Virus record (IMG/VR): IMGVR_UViG_3300020123_000428
Direction: 5' to 3' (one strand)
DNA from: an uncultured virus (IMG/VR IMGVR_UViG_3300020123_000428)
Lineage: Duplodnaviria > Heunggongvirae > Uroviricota > Caudoviricetes
DNA length: 20,000 nucleotides
The stretch's first letter is position 1. Each line of letters begins with the position of its first letter. The notes below the pieces were generated by a model. That model saw only the letters and a list, made by a program, of their open reading frames with translations, was not told the DNA's origin and ran no database searches. Below, piece by piece: positions 15,042 through 20,000 of this stretch. The position numbers and the translations under genes are program-made.

Positions 15042-15125
15042 AGAACTCCTTGGCCCTCCAGGAGGGTCGGTGGTAGGCGCGGTATCGCTCCACCGAGCGC
15101 GGGGCTCGGAGGAACTGGACCGCCC

Positions 15126-15422
15126 CTACAGGCTGCGGATCTCGCTCACGTCGACGTTGAAGGTGATCTCGACAGCGCCACCCGCATCGGGGAGCGCCTT
15201 GACCTCCGCGGACAGGAGCGTGAACCCAGCGTCATCGAGCGCGCGGCGCGCGAGTTGAATGATCTCGCGGGCCCGCTCGTGGGACACGGTCCGCCCGGTG
15301 ACGGTGTAGATGCCATCGGGCGCCTCCGCATCGGGCAGCGGCGGATAGAGGCGCTCGGTGGCCTCCCCAGTGAACTGGACCTCGATGATGGCGCGTGCAT
15401 GCGTGCAACGATCTACGGACAT
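15126..15422 (-). CDS. Hypothetical protein (98 aa)
   Basis: GGGAG RBS, protein-like composition. Confidence 0.7.
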   Translation of the reverse strand: MSVDRCTHARAIIEVQFTGEATERLYPPLPDAEAPDGIYTVTGRTVSHERAREIIQLARRALDDAGFTLLSAEVKALPDAGGAVEITFNVDVSEIRSL

Positions 15423-15460
15423 GGCTGTCTTCTCCCTCTGTCTTCCCTGTTGTTGGTCAC

Positions 15461-15530
15461 GGACTGATGTCCGGCGAAGCGCCGAGCACGGCTCGGTACC
15501 TCGACGGGCATAAGGCCCAGAGGTCGGCTG
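15461..15530 (-). repeat. Structured intergenic leader repeat, copy 1
   Basis: Shares CTCGACGGGCAYAAGGCCCAG..GGTC and GTCCGGC with copy 2; central hairpin CCGAGC-ACG-GCTCGG. Confidence 0.75.
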
Positions 15531-15582
15531 CAGTGCGGGGATCGCGTCGCGCGTGTTGGCGTTGCGCGGCGATCCGAGTGGC

Positions 15583-15792
15583 TCAGTGCTCGAGGATGGT
15601 GATCTCGTTCGCCGTGCAGAACTCGCGCAACCCCTGCACGGCGGCGTCGAGGCTGTTCCGAGGCTCGTGGGTGACGGCGAGGGGCGCCCCGGGCCACGAC
15701 TCCGGGAGCACGGTCGTCGGGACCGCGGTCTTCCGGCCGTCGTCTCCGGCGAACACGGGGAGGCGGATGGTGATGTCGTAGAGGTGCTTCAT
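15583..15792 (-). CDS. Hypothetical protein (69 aa)
   Basis: MKHLYDITIRLPVF... following a purine-rich leader; lies between the two leader repeats. Confidence 0.65.
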   Translation of the reverse strand: MKHLYDITIRLPVFAGDDGRKTAVPTTVLPESWPGAPLAVTHEPRNSLDAAVQGLREFCTANEITILEH

Positions 15793-15815
15793 GGTCTCTT
15801 CGTCTCTTGCTTTCT

Positions 15816-15886
15816 GGACGTGGCGTCCGGCCAACCCTCGACTCCGCGTCGAGGGCTCGACGGGCACAAGGCCCAGTGGTCAGCCG
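15816..15886 (-). repeat. Structured intergenic leader repeat, copy 2
   Basis: 27/31 identity to copy 1 (15856-15886 vs 15500-15530); central hairpin CCCTCGAC-TCCGC-GTCGAGGG. Confidence 0.75.
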
Positions 15887-15892
15887 TCGGTG

Positions 15893-16750
15893 CTATCGGT
15901 ACTGCACGCGCTCGCCGACCTCGCCCGCGACTCGCGCCGTGGTCCACATCAGGTGCGGGATCGCGTTCCTCGTATACACGTTGCGAGGCGAGCCGAGTTG
16001 GTGCTCCACGACTGCCGCGCATGCTGTCCGGGCATCGGCCTCGCTGGCATGCCGGGATAGGATCAGTCCATACGAGGTCCCTTCGCGGATATCGAGCACT
16101 GCCCAGTCATCGCCCGGAATGATGCCCGCTCGACGCGCGCGCTCGACGGCCCGATCCTCCCAGCCGGACAGCGGCTCGATCTCCTCGAGATCGGCGATCT
16201 GCTGCACCACGGGATCGGTGGCGGAGGGGTCCCGGCTCACAACGATCCGCGTGTCTCCCGGGTCGGTCGCCAGCCAGTGCGCGACCCAACCCACGGGGAG
16301 CGCATTGCGGACGCGCTCCAACTGGTCTTCGATCCAGCGCGGTCCAGCCTCATCCCCCGGCGTGAGGTAGCCGGTAGCGTACTCGGGGCCCCGCTCCGAA
16401 CCGGAGGGCCGCAGCAGCGGATGGACCACGTACGGCAGGGTAGTGAGCTCGGCCGGGACGCTCCGGGCCATCCTCGGTGACTCGACCGACCGCTCCCAGC
16501 TCGGCGGCGGACGGTGCAGTGCCGGCTGGGCGTGCGGAATCACCTCCGCCAGCATCTCGGGGCAACCTGGGGCGCGCTGACGGTCCACGACCACCCGCGT
16601 TCCGTCATCGAGCGTCGAGTCCCGGGTCTCGACGCTGCGGTCGTCCTCGAGCCCAGCGAGCCGTGCGACCGCCCGCAGAACCGCGGTGCGAGGTCCCTGG
16701 ATCACGATGTCGGTGTCGGGGCCGGGGATGAACATCTTGACAGTGAACAT
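15893..16750 (-). CDS. Hypothetical protein (285 aa)
   Basis: AAGGAG RBS, fills the gap between neighbours; no motif recognised. Confidence 0.7.
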   Translation of the reverse strand: MFTVKMFIPGPDTDIVIQGPRTAVLRAVARLAGLEDDRSVETRDSTLDDGTRVVVDRQRAPGCPEMLAEVIPHAQPALHRPPPSWERSVESPRMARSVPAELTTLPYVVHPLLRPSGSERGPEYATGYLTPGDEAGPRWIEDQLERVRNALPVGWVAHWLATDPGDTRIVVSRDPSATDPVVQQIADLEEIEPLSGWEDRAVERARRAGIIPGDDWAVLDIREGTSYGLILSRHASEADARTACAAVVEHQLGSPRNVYTRNAIPHLMWTTARVAGEVGERVQYR

Positions 16751-16780
16751 GTGTAAGATCTCCTTGAGGTGAAAACTGGC

Positions 16781-17680
16781 CTACTCGACATCGTCGCCGA
16801 GCACGTACTCACCAGCGGCCAGGCCGTTCAGTTGCTTCACCAGGTCCAGCCGCTTGAACTCCAGGTGAAGATTGCGATTCTTGAAGCACTTGTAGCGGAA
16901 ATAGACGGTCTCGCCGCGCCCCGACTTGTCGCCATCGTTGATGGCCTTCACCAGCGGGCCCTTGTTCTCGCGCATGATCCCCTTGCCGTCCAGCAGGTGG
17001 AAGATCCCATCGATCGCCGTGAGCGTCTGCTCGCTACCGTAATGGACGCGGAACCCGCCGCTGTAGCCCTGCTCCACCTTCCAGGGCAGGATCACCCGAC
17101 GTCCGACACGGAACGCGTTGTTGGTCGCGTACTGGCCGCCCCAGTGACCTTGCGGTCGGAGCATGTCGAACACCTCGCGCGCGGCCTCCTTGGCGAAGTC
17201 CTGGGCCTGATCGGTCAGGCCGACCAGCGTCGCGATGATCGTCTGCTCGCTCACCGAAGGGAGTTCGCCGGACTTCAGTTGCTCGTCGAACACCTTGCGC
17301 TTGGCGACGGACATCACGTTCTTGATCCCGAGGGTGTCCACGAGGACATCCCACGCTCGGCGCTCCATCGCCTTGAACATGTCGTCCATGTCGATGTTGC
17401 GATGGCCGTCGTAGCTCAGGCCGATCCCAAAGCGGCTGTAGTGATAGTCACCGTCCTCCGGCGTGCGAAACGCGGCATCCATCCGCTCGGTCTGGATCTG
17501 GAGTGCGCTCACGAGCCGAGCGATCTCGGCGGTCGCCTCGCTGAACTCGCGGGCCATGTGGCATGCGGTCCGCTCGAACTCTGGGGATCCGGGATCCGGC
17601 AGTGCTGCGGTGGTGGTCGTGCTGTCGGTCGGTCGCACGATCAGTGCGGTCTCGGTGGTCTCGCGGTCGGTTCCGTCCAT
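16781..17680 (-). CDS. DUF4942-like protein (299 aa)
   Basis: FDMLRP...YATNNAFRVGRRVIL...IDGIFHLLDGKG...ETVYFRYKCFKNRNLHLEFKRLDLVKQLN pattern; ATG 17680 has an AAGGAG RBS. Confidence 0.8.
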   Translation of the reverse strand: MDGTDRETTETALIVRPTDSTTTTAALPDPGSPEFERTACHMAREFSEATAEIARLVSALQIQTERMDAAFRTPEDGDYHYSRFGIGLSYDGHRNIDMDDMFKAMERRAWDVLVDTLGIKNVMSVAKRKVFDEQLKSGELPSVSEQTIIATLVGLTDQAQDFAKEAAREVFDMLRPQGHWGGQYATNNAFRVGRRVILPWKVEQGYSGGFRVHYGSEQTLTAIDGIFHLLDGKGIMRENKGPLVKAINDGDKSGRGETVYFRYKCFKNRNLHLEFKRLDLVKQLNGLAAGEYVLGDDVE

Positions 17681-17776
17681 GACGATCTCCTTGCCCTCCA
17701 AGAGGGACTTGCGTTTGTGAGTGGCGCTGCATCGGTCCACCGAGCAATCGGTGAGCCTGTGCAGAGCCAGCCGGGA

Positions 17777-18070
17777 CTAGTTCCAGGTCGCCCGACAGAC
17801 GGCCGGCTCGATGTCCGGGGTAGGCGAGGCAGCGATCGCATCGAGGCACGCCTCCTGTGCATCTGCAGCGACGGTGCCATCCGGACCGTGCTGGGCGCAC
17901 TGGCCCCACGTGTACCACGACCAGCACCCCGCCACATCGAAGCCAGCTCGCGCACACCACGCGTGAGCTTGCTCCTGGCAAGCCTCGGGCCGGGGGATGT
18001 CTGCGGTGGCCTGCTCGGCGCACCCCACGATCGCCAGGCCGAGCACCGCGAGTAGCAGGGAGCGGCGCAT
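17777..18070 (-). CDS. Small Cys-rich lipoprotein (97 aa)
   Basis: MRRSLLLAVLGLAIVG-C signal II/lipobox; six further Cys. Confidence 0.75.
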   Translation of the reverse strand: MRRSLLLAVLGLAIVGCAEQATADIPRPEACQEQAHAWCARAGFDVAGCWSWYTWGQCAQHGPDGTVAADAQEACLDAIAASPTPDIEPAVCRATWN

Positions 18071-18072
18071 GG

Positions 18073-18510
18073 CTACTTGCCCTCACTGACGAGCGGCGAG
18101 CGCAAGCGGCCAGTGGCCAGCCGATACGCCGGGGTCGCCCAATCGACCCGCCAGCCATCGGGCGCAGCGGACTCGACGGTCGCAGCGTCGTCGTCGGGAC
18201 TGTACTCGATGCGCGGACCGTTCGGCGTGTCGAGTTCCACGGTGATGTCAATCATCGAAGTCTCCTTCAGGGCTGGGCAATTCCCGCGGTGGTAGCCTAC
18301 CCCCTGGCAGAGGGAGCAGTGGCTCATTTCGACCTGACAGAGGAGGCACAGTCCGTCTGGCCCCTCGTGGCACAGCGCGCCAGCGGCCGTCTCGTGTAGG
18401 TCGCGGTGTGCCTGGATGTACGCCTCGATCTCGATGGCGTGCGCGGCGGCATCGTGCGGCCGGTCGTGGTAGCAGTCGCCGCACCGGCCATCGTAGTCCG
18501 GCTGTGTCAT
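18073..18510 (-). CDS. Hypothetical protein with Cys/His-rich N-half (145 aa; possible internal start at MIDITV)
   Basis: CxxC clusters; GGGAGG RBS; second AAGGAG-N5-ATG internally. Confidence 0.65.
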   Translation of the reverse strand: MTQPDYDGRCGDCYHDRPHDAAAHAIEIEAYIQAHRDLHETAAGALCHEGPDGLCLLCQVEMSHCSLCQGVGYHRGNCPALKETSMIDITVELDTPNGPRIEYSPDDDAATVESAAPDGWRVDWATPAYRLATGRLRSPLVSEGK

Positions 18511-18778
18511 GCGACCCTCCCAAACCGGCGAGCGCGCTCGGCGAGGCGCCGCATGGCGTCAGAGAAGAATGAGCGGGTGATCTCGACCACGGGCGCCGAC
18601 TCGACCACGGGCGCCGACTCGACCACGGGCGCCGACTCGACCACGGGTGGGCGCGGCGGCGCTGGGGCTTGATCTCGCGCATCTTGCGCAGGATCTCATC
18701 CCTTTTATCCGAGGTGAGGGTGAGAGCAGAGGCCCAGCGGATCACCGCGTTGCCTACGGTGTCGGTGTCGGTCGCCAT
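18507..18778 (-). pseudogene. Small gene with a 1-nt frameshift and APVVES repeats
   Basis: MATDTDT...REIKP; one extra C in the C4 run would give PAPPRPPVVESAPVVES...RFGRVA* ending in an ATGA overlap with the next gene. Confidence 0.55.
18582..18647. repeat. 18-bp tandem repeat x3.7 (CTCGACCACGGGCGCCGA)
   Basis: Perfect copies at 18582, 18600 and 18618, partial at 18636. Confidence 0.95.
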
Positions 18779-18780
18779 GG

Positions 18781-19290
18781 CTACTTTCCCTCCCACGTAT
18801 CCACGACCACGAAAGGCTCACCGTATCGGTGGGCCCATTGGGATGCGAGATCCTCGCCAGCCCTGCGGTCCGCGACCTCCCCGGGAACCAGCGTCGACGA
18901 GCGCTCGGTCTTGACCATGTAGCGCTTCTCGACGAGATCACGGAGTCGCTCGTCCGCAGCGGCGGCGCTGTGCATGGGTTGCAGTGCGCAACTGTCCCAC
19001 ACGTAGAAGCGACACTCGCGACCGTCGAACGCCTCTGCGACGGCGGTCATGGTGAGCATCGTCTGCTTACGGATCCACGGCTGCGGCAGCACGGCGCGAC
19101 CGACGTGCGTACCGTCGGCGCGCAAACACCACGTGAATGGCTCCCGCGGTAGCATCTTGCCGATCGCGGTGGCGTCGTGGTCAAGGTCGGTGGCGAACCG
19201 TTCAGGCCACCCAACACGCTGAGACTCGGCTCGAATGGCGAGCAACGCAGGAGGGAGGGACACCACCTGTATCCGCTGTCGGCGCGCCAT
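18781..19290 (-). CDS. Hypothetical phage protein (169 aa)
   Basis: MARRQRIQ... with GAGGGG RBS; FTWCLRADGTH motif. Confidence 0.7.
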   Translation of the reverse strand: MARRQRIQVVSLPPALLAIRAESQRVGWPERFATDLDHDATAIGKMLPREPFTWCLRADGTHVGRAVLPQPWIRKQTMLTMTAVAEAFDGRECRFYVWDSCALQPMHSAAAADERLRDLVEKRYMVKTERSSTLVPGEVADRRAGEDLASQWAHRYGEPFVVVDTWEGK

Positions 19291-19292
19291 GA

Positions 19293-19604
19293 CTAGCGCC
19301 CCCTCGTCACAGTGTAGAGCGTGGGGAGGCACTGATTCGACCGCTCGCGGTCGGCGCAGGCTGCGAGCGACTGCCACTGGAACGTGGTCAGTTGCGGGAT
19401 GACCTCGCGAGCGCGGTCAACGTGGTGATCGCACGCCGGGAACCCCCGGCCGGGACCGAACGCCAGGCCTTCCGTCCAATGGGTCTCATCCAGGTGGATC
19501 TGGCCATCCTGATCGGGGGCGAGAACGAATTCGGCCTCGATATAGCGGAGTGCTTCTGCTACTTCGGCCTCTGTAGGGGCGCGGTACGTGGGAAAGTGCG
19601 ACAT
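19293..19604 (-). CDS. Hypothetical protein (103 aa)
   Basis: MSHFPTYRAP... with GGAGG RBS. Confidence 0.7.
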   Translation of the reverse strand: MSHFPTYRAPTEAEVAEALRYIEAEFVLAPDQDGQIHLDETHWTEGLAFGPGRGFPACDHHVDRAREVIPQLTTFQWQSLAACADRERSNQCLPTLYTVTRGR

Positions 19605-19686
19605 CTGCGTAACCTCCAAGAGGTGGTGAGAAAGCGTCGGTGGACCACAGCGAGCACATGCGGAGCATGTGCCGACTAGGATCTCG

Positions 19687-19968
19687 CTACGCCAGTTGGC
19701 CGGAGTCGTCGCGTGGCCTCGAGTCCATCGCCAGCGCGCGGATGTCGTCGGGCAGTCGACCGTCATCCTCGCTCCACTTGCCATCAATGAATGTCGCCAC
19801 TAGGCAGCGGTTGATCATCGACGACACAAAGCAGTTTCCGTTGCGGTACCAGTCGATGCAGTACAGCGCACGGGCGCGAATCGTCTTGACAGGGATCTCG
19901 TCGACGACGACCGGCGGACCCGATCCCTCTTCGACCGAGATCTCGCCGAGGTATTTGCGGTATGGCAT
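19687..19968 (-). CDS. Hypothetical protein (93 aa)
   Basis: Clean ORF, AAGG upstream. Confidence 0.65.
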   Translation of the reverse strand: MPYRKYLGEISVEEGSGPPVVVDEIPVKTIRARALYCIDWYRNGNCFVSSMINRCLVATFIDGKWSEDDGRLPDDIRALAMDSRPRDDSGQLA

Positions 19969-20000
19969 TGGTGCCTTGCGGCGCGCAGAGCGGGCATCCC

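Larger units (their letters stand above)
1..20000. mobile_element. Prophage / phage-plasmid segment (possibly a tailless, membrane-containing virus); boundaries lie outside the window
   Basis: Tyrosine recombinase, spike/depolymerase, GH25 endolysin, transglycosylase, holin-like gene, ParB, orphan C5 MTase and a long run of tightly packed small minus-strand ORFs with ATGA/GTGA overlaps; no host housekeeping genes. Confidence 0.88.

Noticed and set aside
15461..15886. Canonical integron attC sites or hammerhead ribozymes
   Set aside because: No RYYYAAC/GTTRRRY boxes and no CUGANGA/GAAA core; the recombinase shows no obvious IntI-specific insertion.
16769..18055. 428-aa plus-strand ORF
   Set aside because: Antisense to the DUF4942-like and lipoprotein genes; no motifs.
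18582..18647. Possible mini CRISPR array
   Set aside because: Head-to-tail 18-mers with no spacers, in-frame within a gene; no cas genes.

Overview
High-GC window (roughly 65-70% by eye) that looks entirely like part of a temperate virus or phage-plasmid. No host housekeeping genes, tRNA, att site, terminase, portal or tail-tube genes were recognised. The left part has a protein-kinase-like gene (minus strand, runs off the window, absent from the ORF track) divergent from a compact tyrosine recombinase. A plus-strand block follows: beta-helix spike/depolymerase, small ORF, GH25 endolysin and a CX5R dual-specificity phosphatase. From 5.4 kb onward all genes are on the minus strand: small beta-rich putative virion proteins, a membrane-anchored lytic transglycosylase, a possible jelly-roll capsid-like protein, a J-domain protein, a holin-like/lipoprotein cluster, ParB, a C5 DNA methyltransferase with a nested second-frame ORF, a DUF4942-like protein and many small early-type ORFs. 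The most striking unexplained signals are (1) three intergenic clusters of a strand-polarised, covarying hairpin GT-CTCGG-loop-CCGAG-C, (2) a gene set suggesting a tailless, membrane-containing virus, (3) a virus-encoded kinase plus phosphatase, (4) a two-frame methyltransferase and (5) repeated structured leaders between early genes. All family assignments come from motif recognition by eye, without database searches.
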